Assembly (NCBI RefSeq): GCF_036321535.1
Contig: NC_087437.1
Span: 2,046,001 to 2,110,000, forward strand
From: Camelus dromedarius
Taxonomy: Eukaryota
DNA length: 64,000 nt
Direction of reading: 5' to 3'
The translations under genes were made by a program, and so were the position numbers. How positions within the stretch are numbered: the stretch's first letter is position 1; each line of letters starts with the position of its first letter. This document shows, piece by piece, positions 11,649 through 25,200 of this stretch. Under the pieces are notes generated by a model. That model ran no database searches and was not told the DNA's origin. It was given only the letters and a program-made list of their open reading frames with translations.

Positions 11649-11665
11649 ACGCAGCGCTCGACTGT
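11649..11665 (-). other. Foreign oligo ACGCAGCGCTCGACTGT; probable PacBio barcode (bc1008 plus T overhang) remnant
   Basis: Replaces CTTGGCGAATCGGTCAT of sister monomers. Reverse complement is ACAGTCGAGCGCTGCGT. Confidence 0.88.
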
Positions 11666-14600
11666 TTCCTCCCATTTCCCCCTCTCCTGGCCTCGGGGCA
11701 GCCTCTGCTACCGCAGGAGTGCGGGATTTCGTTGTCCTTCTCAGCCAGGTCCTAGGAAGCTGTCGAGGTGTGCTCAGGGAACAGGGATTTTACTTCTAGA
11801 GGACTGCCTCGGGTGAGCCGATCAGTTTGCTCCCATCTCCAAAAGCGCCTGGCCTGGGGGCGGCCTCTCCTTCCCCAGGTTCGCAGTATGCATGTTTCCA
11901 GCTCAGCCTGTGCCCTTAGGCAGGCGCGGTGTTCTTAGGGGCTGCATTGAGGAGGCGGGGCTGCTCCACCGAGCCCGTGTATTTGCACAGATCTCCCCGT
12001 TGACCGGTCCTAGGGTTGGTCTCTGCTACCCTAGTTACACGATGTACACATCTCGTTGTTTTCCGGCTCCCGGGAGGCAAGTGCGGGGTGGTCAGGGGGC
12101 GGGGTGGGGGGTTGGAGTGGCGGTGGCGCCTACACAGAGGGAAGAAGAGGGATGCACGGGCTGTCCAGGGAAGCCTGTGGATTTCCATCCAGTGTCCCCC
12201 TCGGCGTGAAATAAGCCCGCCCTCTGCTGCTTCAGGGTGGGATTTGACAACCCTCCAGCTGGGCCTAATAAAGGGAGGCTTCCTCCATTAGACAGACAGA
12301 GAGACATATAAAGAGACAGACAGACACACTAGCCTCTTCATCCATTGAGAAACAGCCGTATATCCTAACCTCCTCCTCCTCATTCATTATATAGGTAGGC
12401 AGATACATATATAGACAGACACACACACACACATACACACACTAGCCTCTTCCTACTCCTCAATTAAGTAAGGAGAGAGACACAATAATCTCCTCCTCCA
12501 TTAGATAATAGATAGACAAACTTAGTACATTTTTTCTCCTCCTCCATTTGGTAGATGGATAGTGAGATTGACCGATACACCCAGTAGCCGCTACCTTCTC
12601 CTGTTAGAGATACTGAGAGATAGCCAGACACATGGGATTATTTCTTCTTCTCCATTTGATATAGATAGAGACACACTCACAGACACACAGACAGACAGAC
12701 ACACTACTCTTCTCCTGCTCTGACAGACAGAGAGATAGACACTCTAGCCTCCTCCTTCTTCTCGAATACATACAGCTGCATAGATAGATATCTCCTATAT
12801 AGACAGACAGACTTACTAGCTTACTCCTCGTCCATTCGATGCACACATAGACTGTTAGACAGACACAGTAGCCTCTTCCCCTCTTTTTTACACATACTTT
12901 GATAAAGAGACCCGCACGCACACACACACACACACACACATACACACAGGCTAGCATCCTCCTCTTCCTCAAATAGGTAGATAGGGAGATAGAAACACTA
13001 AATTCCTCCTCCAACAGACAAACAAATAAAAAGAAACACTTGCCTACTGCTGTGCCTGCACCTCATAGGTCGATTTTTACACAGATTGATAGATACACAG
13101 ATAGATAGAGAGATAGATAGATAGAGAGGCAGGCAAATGGAGAGACATAATATTCGCCTCCTCATCCAGTAGCTATATAGACAGACACACACATAGTCTA
13201 GCCTCTCGCATCCTCCAATAGATAGACAATCAGCCAGGCAGTCACACATTCTGACACACGTGAGGCGGTGTGCAGTCTGGGGTTGGGCTTCAGCGGCGCC
13301 GACCGGGGACAGGTGTGCCACTGGCGAGCCATAGGACTTTATCCCATGTCCCTAGCTGCCTTGCCTGGGGGCGGCCCCCGCTCCCCCAAATTCGACGGAC
13401 TGAAGCTTTCAAGTTAGCCTGCTCGTGGCAGCAGGCGTTGTAAGGAAAGTGGAAGAGGTCAGCGGCAGCTCCGGAAGCGGCAGAGCATCTAAGGGGGATG
13501 CCTTGGCGAATCGGTCATTTTCCTCCCATTTCCCCCTCTCCTGGCCTCGGGGCAGCCTCTGCTACCGCAGGAGTGCGGGATTTCGTTGTCCTTCTCAGCC
13601 AGGTCCTAGGAAGCTGTCGAGGTGTGCTCAGGGAACAGGGATTTTACTTCTAGAGGACTGCCTCGGGTGAGCCGATCAGTTTGCTCCCATCTCCAAAAGC
13701 GCCTGGCCTGGGGGCGGCCTCTCCTTCCCCAGGTTCGCAGTATGCATGTTTCCAGCTCAGCCTGTGCCCTTAGGCAGGCGCGGTGTTCTTAGGGGCTGCA
13801 TTGAGGAGGCGGGGCTGCTCCACCGAGCCCGTGTATTTGCACAGATCTCCCCGTTGACCGGTCCTAGGGTTGGTCTCTGCTACCCTAGTTACACGATGTA
13901 CACATCTCGTTGTTTTCCGGCTCCCGGGAGGCAAGTGCGGGGTGGTCAGGGGGCGGGGTGGGGGGTTGGAGTGGCGGTGGCGCCTACACAGAGGGAAGAA
14001 GAGGGATGCACGGGCTGTCCAGGGAAGCCTGTGGATTTCCATCCAGTGTCCCCCTCGGCGTGAAATAAGCCCGCCCTCTGCTGCTTCAGGGTGGGATTTG
14101 ACAACCCTCCAGCTGGGCCTAATAAAGGGAGGCTTCCTCCATTAGACAGACAGAGAGACATATAAAGAGACAGACAGACACACTAGCCTCTTCATCCATT
14201 GAGAAACAGCCGTATATCCTAACCTCCTCCTCCTCATTCATTATATAGGTAGGCAGATACATATATAGACAGACACACACACACACATACACACACTAGC
14301 CTCTTCCTACTCCTCAATTAAGTAAGGAGAGAGACACAATAATCTCCTCCTCCATTAGATAATAGATAGACAAACTTAGTACATTTTTTCTCCTCCTCCA
14401 TTTGGTAGATGGATAGTGAGATTGACCGATACACCCAGTAGCCGCTACCTTCTCCTGTTAGAGATACTGAGAGATAGCCAGACACATGGGATTATTTCTT
14501 CTTCTCCATTTGATATAGATAGAGACACACTCACAGACACACAGACAGACAGACACACTACTCTTCTCCTGCTCTGACAGACAGAGAGATAGACACTCTA

Positions 14601-16640
14601 GCCTCCTCCTTCTTCTCGAATACATACAGCTGCATAGATAGATATCTCATATATAGACAGACAGACTTACTAGCTTACTCCTCGTCCATTCGATGCACAC
14701 ATAGACTGTTAGACAGACACAGTAGCCTCTTCCCCTTTTTGTTACACATACTTTGATAAAGAGACCCGCACGCACACACACACACACATACACACAGGCT
14801 AGCATCCTCCTCTTCCTCAAGTAGGTAGATAGGGAGATAGAAACACTAAATTCCCGCTCCAACAGACACACAAATAAAAAGACACACTTGCCTACTGCTG
14901 TGCCTGCACTACATAGGTCGATTTTTACACAGATTGATAGATACACAGATAGATAGAGAGATAGATAGGTAGAGAGGCAGGCAAATGGAGAGACATAATT
15001 TTCGCCTCCTCCTCCAGTAGATATATAGACAGACACACACATAGTCTAGCCTCTCGCATCCTCCAATAGATAGACAATCAGCCAGGCAGTCAGACAGACT
15101 GACACACGTGAGGCTGTGTGCAGTTTGGGGTTGGGCTTCAGCGGCGTCCACCGGGGACAGTTGTGCCCCTGGCGAGTCATAGGATTTCATCCCATGTCCC
15201 TAGCTGCCTTGCCTGCGGGCGGCCCCCGCTCCCCCAAATTCGACGGACTGAAGCTTTCAAGTTAGCCTGCTCGTGGCAGCAGGCGTTGTAAGGAAAGTGG
15301 AAGAGGTCAGCGGCAGTTCCGGAAGCGGCAGAGCATCTAAGGGGGATGCCTCGGCGAATCGGTCATTTTCCTCCCATTTCCCCCTCTCCTGGCCTCGGGG
15401 CAGCCTCTGATACCGCAGGAGTGCGGGATTTACTTGTCCTTGTCAGCCAGGTCCTAGGAAGCTGTCGAGGTGTGCTCAGGGGACAGGGATGTCGCTTCTA
15501 GAGGACTGCCTCGGGTGAGCCGATCAGTTTGCTCCCATCTCCACAAGCGCCTGGCCTGGGGGCGGCCTCTCCTTCCCCAGGTTCGCAGTATGCATGTTTC
15601 CAGCTCAGCCTGTGCCCTTAGGCAGGCGCGGTGTTCTTAGGGGCTACATTGAGGAGGCGGGGCTGCTCCACCGAGCCCGTGTATTTGCACAGATCTCCCC
15701 GTTGACCGGTCCTAGGGTTGGTCTCTGCTACCCTAGTTACACGATGTACACATCTCGGTGTTTTCCGGCTCCCGGGAGGCAAGTGCGGGGTGGTCAGGGT
15801 GCGGGGTGGGGGGTTGGACTGGCGGTGGCGCCTACACAGAGAGAAGAAGAGGGATGCACGGGCTGTCCAGGGAAGCCTTTGGATTTCCATCCAGTGTCCC
15901 CCTAGGCGTGCAATAAGGGCGCCCTCTGCTGCTTCAGGGTGGGATTTGGCATCCCTCCAGCTGGGCCTAATACAGGGAGGCTTCCTCCATTAGAGAGAGA
16001 GACAAAAAATAGACAGACAGACACACTAGCCTCTTCCTCCTTTTAGAAACACCCATATGTCTTAACCTTCTCCTCCTAATCCATTATATAGGTAGACAGA
16101 TACATACATAGACAGACAGACAGACACACACACACACACACACAAACCCAAACCCACACACAACCTTCCCTCCTACCAGTCCTCAATTAAGTAGGTAGAG
16201 AGACACACTAATCGCCTTCTCCATTAGATAATGAACAGACAAACGGTATAGACTATTTCTACTCCTCATTTAGATAGATGGAATGTGAGACTGACGCATT
16301 CACACACTAGCCTCTACCTTCTCCTGTTAGAGAGACAGACAGATAGCCAGACACATGAAATCCTCCATCTTCTCCATTAGATATACATAGAGAAATCTCT
16401 AAGATGCACAGTGAGACAAACACTAGTCTTCTCCTCCTCTGACAGGCCGAGGGATAGATAATCAAGCCTCCTCATTTTTTTCCATTAGGTATAGATACAT
16501 ACATACATATCTGATAACAGACAGCCAGACAGACATACTAGCCTACTCTTCCTCCATCAGATACATACATAGACTGATAGACAGATACAGTAGGCTCCTC
16601 CCCCTTTAGATACAGATACATAGATAGACATCCCCACGAG

Positions 16641-16672
<32 letters not shown>

Positions 16673-19600
16673 AGCCTTCTCCTCTTCCTCAAAGAGCTAG
16701 ATAGTTATATAGACACACTAAAATTCTACTCCAACAGACAGAATTTTAAATGACACACTATCTTACTGCTATGCCTCCCCACATAGATAGATAGCTAGCC
16801 AGATCGATAGAGAGGCAGGCAAATAGAGAGTCATACTAGTCGCCTCCTCCTCCGTTGGAGAGACAGACAGACACACACATAGTCTAGCTTCAACCATCCT
16901 CCAATAGATAGTCATTCAGGCAAGCAGTCAAACAGACAGACACACCAGAGGCGGGGTGCCGTCTGCCTACCTGGTTCGGCGGCGGGGCCCGGGGAAGAGG
17001 GTGCCCCTGGTGAACCAGAGGATTTTCTCCCATGTCCCTAGCTGCCTTGCCTCTGGGCGGCCTCCGCTAACCCAAGTTCGCCGGACGCAAGCCTTTGAAG
17101 TCAGCCTGCTCCTGGGAGCCGGCGAGGTAAGGACAGGGGAAGTGGTCAGCGGCAGACACGGAGGCGGCCCAGAACGCAAGAGGGATGCCTCGGCGAGTCG
17201 GTCATTTTCCTACCATCCCCCCTCTCCTGGCCTCGGGGCGGCCTCTGCTACCGCAGGTGTGCGGCAATTAATTCTCCTTGTCAGCCAGGTCCTGGGAGTC
17301 TGTCCAGGTGAGCCCAAGGGACACGGACGTCGCGGGGAGCGGACTGCCTCGGGTTAGCCGATCAGTTTGCTCCCATCCCCACAAGCGCCTGGCCTGGGGG
17401 CGGCCTGTCCTGCGCCAGGTTCAGAGTATGCACGTTTCCAGCTCAGCCAGCCCACCCGAGGCCGGCGCGCTGTGATCAGGGTCTGCAATGAGAAGTCGGG
17501 GCTGACTCACCGAGCCCGTGTATTTGTTCAGATCTCCCTCTTGGCTGGTCCTGGGCTAGGCCTCTACTACCCTAGGTCCACGAGGTGCTCATCTCTGTGT
17601 TTTTCAGCTCCGGGGAAGCGAGTGCGGGGTGGTCAGGGGGCGGGGCGGGGGCGGGGCGGGGGCAGCTACAGAGAGGGCTGAAGCGGGATGCACGGGCTGC
17701 CCAGGCAAGCCTGCGGATTTCCATCCAGTGTCCCCCTCGGCCTGCAATGCGGGCGCCCTCTGCTGCTTCAGGGTGGCAATTGGCATCCCTCCAGGTGGGT
17801 CGAGTACTGGGAGGCTTCCTCCTTTAGACAGACAGAGAGACAAATAAAGAGACAGACAGACACACTAGCCTCTTCATCCATTGAGAAACAGCCGTATATC
17901 CTAACCTCCTCCTCCTCATTCATTATATAGGTAGACAGATACATATATAGACAGACACACACACACACATACACACACTAGCCTCTTCCTACTCCTCAAT
18001 TAAGTAGGTAGAGAGACACACTATTCTCCTCCTCCATTAGATAATAGATAGACAAACTTAATACATTTTTCTCCTCCTCCATTAGATAGATGGAAAGTGA
18101 GATTGACCGATACACCCAGTAGCCGCTACCTTCTCCTGTTAGAGATACCGAGAGATAGCCAGACACATGGGATTATTTCTTCTTCTCCATTTGATATAGA
18201 TAGAGACACACTCACAGACACACAGACAGACACACTACTCTTCTCCTGCTCTGACAGACAGAGAGATAGCCACTCCAGCCTCCTCCTTCTTCTCGAATAC
18301 ATACAGCTGCATAGATAGATATCTCCTATATAGACAGACAGACTTACTAGCTTACTCCTCGTCCATTCGATGCACACATAGACTGTTAGACAGACACAGT
18401 AGCCTCTTCCCCTCTTTGTTACACATACTTTGATAAAGAGACCGCACGCACACACACACACACACACATACACACAGGCTAGCATCCTCCTCTTCCTCAA
18501 ATAGGTAGATAGGGAGATAGAAACACTAAATTCCTCCTCCAACAGACAAACAAATAAAAAGAAACACTTGCCTACTGCTGTGCCTGCACCTCATAGGTCG
18601 ATTTTTACACAGATTGATAGATACACAGATAGATAGAGAGATAGTTAGATAGAGAGGCAGGCAAATGGAGAGACATAATATTCGCCTCCTCATCCAGTAG
18701 CTATATAGACAGACACACACATAGTCTAGCCTCTCGCATCCTCCAATAGATAGACAATCAGCCAGGCAGTCACACATTCTGACACACGTGAGGCGGTGTG
18801 CAGTCTGGGATTGGGCTTCAGCGGCGGCGACCGGGGACAGGTGTGCCACTGGCGAGCCATAGGACTTTATCCCATGTCCTTAGCTGCCTTGCCTGGGGGC
18901 GGCCCCCGCTCCCCCAAATTCGACGGACTGAAGCTTTCAAGTTAGCCTGCTCGTGGCAGCAGGCGTTGTAAGGAAAGTGGAAGAGGTGAGCGGCAGCTCC
19001 GGAAGCGGCAGAGCATCTAAGGGGGATGCCTTGGCGAATCGGTCATTTTCCTCCCATTTCCCCCTCTCCTGGCCTCGGGGCAGACTCTGCTACCCCAGGA
19101 GTGCGGGATTTAGTTGTCCTTGTCAGCCAGGTCCTAGGAAGCTGTCGAGGTGTGCTCAGGGGACAGGGATGTCGCTTCTAGAGGACTGCCTCGGGTGCGC
19201 CGATCAGTTTGCTCCCATCTCCACAAGCGCCTGGCCTGGGGGCGGCCTCTCCTTCCCCAGGTTCGCAGTATGCATGTTTCCAGCTCAGCCTGTGCCCTTA
19301 GGCAGGCGCGGTGTTCTTAGGGGCTGCATTGAGGAGGCGGGGCTGCTCCACCGAGCCCGTGTATTTGCACAGATCTCCCCGTTGACCGGTCCTAGGGTTG
19401 GTCTCTGCTACCCTAGGTACACGATGTACACATCTCGTTGTTTTCCGGCCCCCGGGAGGCAAGTGCGGGGTGGTCAGGGGGCGGGGGGGGGTGGCGTTGG
19501 TGCCTACACAGAGGGAGGAAGAGGGATGCACGGGCTATCCAGGGAAGCCTGTGGATTTCCATCCAGTGTCCCCCTCGGCGTGCAATGAGGGCACCCTCTG

Positions 19601-22161
19601 CTTCTTCAGGGTGGGATTTGGCATCCCTCCAGCTGGGCCTAATAAAGGGAGGCTTCCTCCATTAGACAGACAGAGAGACATATAAAGAGACAGACAGACA
19701 CACTAGCCTCTTCATCCATTGAGAAACAGCCGTATATCCTAACCTCCTCCTCCTCATTCATTATATAGGTAGGCAGATACATATATAGACAGACACACAC
19801 ACACACATACACACACTAGCCTCTTCCTACTCCTCAATTATGTAGGTAGAGAGACACACTAATCTCCTCCTCCATTAGATAATACATAGACAAACTTAAT
19901 ACATTTTTCTCCTCCTCCATTAGATAGATGGAAAGTGAGATTGACCGATACACCCAGTAGCCGCTACCTTCTCCTGTTAGAGATACCGAGAGATAGCCAG
20001 ACACATGGGATTATTTCTTCTTCTCCATTTGATATAGATAGAGACACACTCACAGACACACAGACAGACAGACACACTACTCTTCTCCTGCTCTGACAGA
20101 CAGAGAGATAGACACTCTAGCCTCCTCCTTCTTCTCGAATACATACAGCTGCATAGATAGATATCTCATATATAGACAGACAGACTTACTAGCTTACTCC
20201 TCGTCCATTCGATGCACACATAGACTGTTAGACAGACACAGTAGCCTCTTCCCCTTTTTGTTACACATACTTTGATAAAGAGACCCGCACGCACACACAC
20301 ACACACATACACACAGGCTAGCATCCTCCTCTTCCTCAAGTAGGTAGATAGGGAGATAGAAACACTAAATTCCTGCTCCGACAGACACACAAATAAAAAG
20401 ACACACTTGCCTACTGCTGTGCCTGAACTACATAGGTCGATTTTTACACAGATTGATAGATACACAGATAGATAGAGAGATAGATAGGTAGAGAGGCAGG
20501 CAAATGGAGAGACATAATTTTCGCCTCCTCCTCCAGTAGATATATAGACAGACACACACATAGTCTAGCCTCTCGCATCCTCCAATAGATAGACAATCAG
20601 CCAGGCAGTCAGACAGACTGACACACGTGAGGCGCTGTGCAGTTTGGGGTTGGGTTTCAGCGGCGTCCACCGGGGACAGTTGTGCCCCTGGCGAGTCATA
20701 GGATTTTATCCCATGTCCCTAGCTGCCTTGCCTGCGGGCGGCCCCCGCTCCCCCAAATTCGACGAACTGAAGCTTTCAAGTTAGCCTGCTCGTGGCAGCA
20801 GGCGTTGTAAGGAAAGTGGAAGAGGTCAGCGGCAGCTCCGGAAGCGGCAGAGCATCTAAGGGGGATGCCTTGGCGAATCGGTCATTTTCCTCCCATTTCC
20901 CCCTCTCCTGGCCTCGGGGCAGCCTCTGCTACCGCAGGAGTGCGGGATTTCGTTGTCCTTCTCAGCCAGGTCCTAGGAAGCTGTCGAGGTGTGCTCAGGG
21001 AACAGGGATTTTACTTCTAGAGGACTGCCTCGGGTGAGCCGATCAGTTTGCTCCCATCTCCAAAAGCGCCTGGCCTGGGGGCGGCCTCTCCTTCCCCAGG
21101 TTCCCAGTATGCATGTTTCCAGCTCAGCCTGTGCCCTTAGGCAGGCGCGGTGTTCTTAGGGGCTGCATTGAGGAGGCGGGGCTGCTCCACCGAGCCCGTG
21201 TATTTGCACAGATCTCCCCGTTGACCGGTCCTAGGGTTGGTCTCTGCTACCCTAGTTACACGATGTACACATCTCGGTGTTTTCCGGCTCCCGGGAGGCA
21301 AGTGCGGGGTGGTCAGGGGGCGGGGTGGGGGGTTGGAGTGGCGGTGGCGCCTACACAGAGGGAAGAAGAGGGATGCACGGGCTGTCCAGGGAAGCCTGTG
21401 GATTTCCATCCAGTGTCCCCCTCGGCGTGCAATAAGGGCGCCCTCTGCTGCTTCAGGGTGGGATTTGGCAACCCTCCAGCTGGGCCTAATAAAGGGAGGC
21501 TTCCTCCATTAGAGAGAGAGACATAAAATAGACAGACAGACACACTAGCCTCTTCCTCCATTTAGAAACACCCATATGTCTTAACCTTCTCCTCCTAATC
21601 CATTATATAGGTAGACAGATACATACATAGACAGACAGACAGACAGACACACACACACACACAAACCCAAACCCACACACAACCTTCCCTCCTACCAGTC
21701 CTCAATTAAGTAGGTAGAGAGACACACTAATCGCCTTCTCCATTAGATAATAAACAGACAAACGGTATAGACTATTTCTACTCCTCATTTAGATAGATGG
21801 AATGTGAGACTGACGCATTCACACACTAGCCTCTACCTTCTCCTGTTAGAGAGACAGACAGATAGCCAGACTCATGAAATCCTCCATCTTCTCCATTAGA
21901 TATACATAGAGAAATCTCTAAGATGCACAGTGAGACAAACACTAGTCTTCTCCTCCTCTGACAGGCCGAGGGATAGATAATCAAGCCTCCTCATTCTTTT
22001 CCATTAGGTATAGTTACATACATACATATCTGATAATAGACAGCCAGACAGACATACTAGCCTACTCTTCCTCCATCAGATACATACATAGACTGATAGA
22101 CAGATACAGTAGGCTCCTCCCCCTTTAGATACAGATACATAGATAGACATCCCCACGAGCC

Positions 22162-22200
<39 letters not shown>

Positions 22201-25200
22201 GCCTTCTCCTCTTCCTCAAAGAGCTAGATAGTTATATAGACACACTAAAATTCTACTCCAACAGACAGAATTTTAAATGACACACTATCTTACTGCTATG
22301 CCTCCCCACATAGATAGATAGCTAGCCAGATCGATAGAGAGGCAGGCAAATAGAGAGTCATACTAGTCGCCTCCTCCTCCGTTGGAGAGACGGACAGACA
22401 CACACATAGTCTAGCTTCAACCATCCTCCAATAGATAGTCATTCAGGCAAGCAGTCAAACAGACAGACACACCAGAGGCGGGGTGCCGTCTGCCTACCTG
22501 GTTCGGCGGCGGGGCCCGGGGAAGAGGGTGCCCCTGGTGAACCAGAGGATTTTCTCCCATGTCCCTAGCTGCCTTGCCTCTGGGCGGCCTCCGCTAACCC
22601 AAGTTCGCCGGACGCAAGCCTTTGAAGTCAGCCTGCTCCTGGGAGCCGGCGAGGTAAGGACAGGGGAAGTGGTCAGCGGCAGACACGGAGGCGGCCCAGA
22701 ACGCAAGAGGGATGCCTCGGCGAGTCGGTCATTTTCCTACCATCCCCCCTCTCCTGGCCTCGGGGCGGCCTCTGCTACCGCAGGTGTGCGGCAATTAATT
22801 CTCCTTGTCAGCCAGGTCCTGGGAGTCTGTCCAGGTGAGCCCAAGGGACACGGACGTCGCGGGGAGCGGACTGCCTCGGGTTAGCCGATCAGTTTGCTCC
22901 CATCCCCACAAGCGCCTGGCCTGGGGGCGGCCTGTCCTGCGCCAGGTTCAGAGTATGCACGTTTCCAGCTCAGCCAGCCCACCCGAGGCCGGCGCGCTGT
23001 GATCAGGGTCTGCAATGAGAAGTCGGGGCTGACTCACCGAGCCCGTGTATTTGTTCAGATCTCCCTCTTGGCTGGTCCTGGGCTAGGCCTCTACTACCCT
23101 AGGTCCACGAGGTGCTCATCTCTGTGTTTTTCAGCTCCGGGGAAGCGAGTGCGGGGTGGTCAGGGGGCGGGGCGGGGGCGGGGCGGGGGCAGCTACAGAG
23201 AGGGCTGAAGCGGGATGCACGGGCTGCCCAGGCAAGCCTGCGGATTTCCATCCAGTGTCCCCCTCGGCCTGCAATGCGGGCGCCCTCTGCTGCTTCAGGG
23301 TGGCAATTGGCATCCCTCCAGGTGGGTCGAGTACTGGGAGGCTTCCTCCTTTAGACAGACAGAGAGACAAATAAAGAGACAGACAGACACACTAGCCTCT
23401 TCATCCATTGAGAAACAGTCGTATATCCTAACCTCCTCCTCCTCATTCATTATATAGGTAGACAGATACATATATAGACAGACACACACACACACATACA
23501 CACACTAGCCTCTTCCTACTCCTCAATTAAGTAGGTAGAGAGACACACTATTCTCCTCCTCCATTAGATAATAGATAGACAAACTTAATACATTTTTCTC
23601 CTCCTCCATTAGATAGATGGAAAGTGAGATTGACCGATACACCCAGTAGCCGCTACCTTCTCCTGTTAGAGATACCGAGAGATAGCCAGACACATGGGAT
23701 TATTTCTTCTTCTCCATTTGATATAGATAGAGACACACTCACAGACACACAGACAGACACACTACTCTTCTCCTGCTCTGACAGACAGAGAGATAGCCAC
23801 TCCAGCCTCCTCCTTCTTCTCGAATACATACAGCTGCATAGATAGATATCTCCTATATAGACAGACAGACTTACTAGCTTACTCCTCGTCCATTCGATGC
23901 ACACATAGACTGTTAGACAGACACAGTAGCCTCTTCCCCTCTTTGTTACACATACTTTGATAAAGAGACCGCACGCACACACACACACACACACACACAT
24001 ACACACAGGCTAGCATCCTCCTCTTCCTCAAATAGGTAGATAGGGAGATAGAAACACTAAATTCCTCCTCCAACAGACAAACAAATAAAAAGAAACACTT
24101 GCCTACTGCTGTGCCTGCACCTCATAGGTCGATTTTTACACAGATTGATAGATACACAGATAGATAGAGAGATAGATAGATAGAGAGGCAGGCAAATGGA
24201 GAGACATAATATTCGCCTCCTCATCCAGTAGCTATATAGACAGACACACACATAGTCTAGCCTCTCGCATCCTCCAATAGATAGACAATCAGCCAGGCAG
24301 TCACACATTCTGACACACGTGAGGCGGTGTGCAGTCTGGGATTGGGCTTCAGCGGCGGCGACCGGGGACAGGTGTGCCACTGGCGAGCCATAGGACTTTA
24401 TCCCATGTCCTTAGCTGCCTTGCCTGGGGGCGGCCCCCGCTCCCCCAAATTCGACGGACTGAAGCTTTCAAGTTAGCCTGCTCGTGGCAGCAGGCGTTGT
24501 AAGGAAAGTGGAAGAGGTGAGCGGCAGCTCCGGAAGCGGCAGAGCATCTAAGGGGGATGCCTTGGCGAATCGGTCATTTTCCTCCCATTTCCCCCTCTCC
24601 TGGCCTCGGGGCAGCCTCTGCTACCCCAGGAGTGCGGGATTTAGTTGTCCTTGTCAGCCAGGTCCTAGGAAGCTGTCGAGGTGTGCTCAGGGGACAGGGA
24701 TGTCGCTTCTAGAGGACTGCCTCGGGTGAGCCGATCAGTTTGCTCCCATCTCCACAAGCGCCTGGCCTGGGGGCGGCCTCTCCTTCCCCAGGTTCGCAGT
24801 ATGCATGTTTCCAGCTCAGCCTGTGCCCTTAGGCAGGCGCGGTGTTCTTAGGGGCTGCATTGAGGAGGCGGGGCTGCTCCACCGAGCCCGTGTATTTGCA
24901 CAGATCTCCCCGTTGACCGGTCCTAGGGTTGGTCTCTGCTACCCTAGGTACACGATGTACACATCTCGTTGTTTTCCGGCCCCCGGGAGGCAAGTGCGGG
25001 GTGGTCAGGGGGCGGGGGGGGTGGCGTTGGTGCCTACACAGAGGGAGGAAGAGGGATGCACGGGCTATCCAGGGAAGCCTGTGGATTTCCATCCAGTGTC
25101 CCCCTCGGCGTGCAATGAGGGCACCCTCTGCTTCTTCAGGGTGGGATTTGGCCTCCCTCCAGCTGGGCCTAATAAAGGGAGGCTTCCTCCATTAGACAGA

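Noticed and set aside
18953..19588. Longest ORF (211 aa)
   Set aside because: Created by a private TGA-to-TGC change at 19198 that fuses two spurious ORFs; absent from sister copies.
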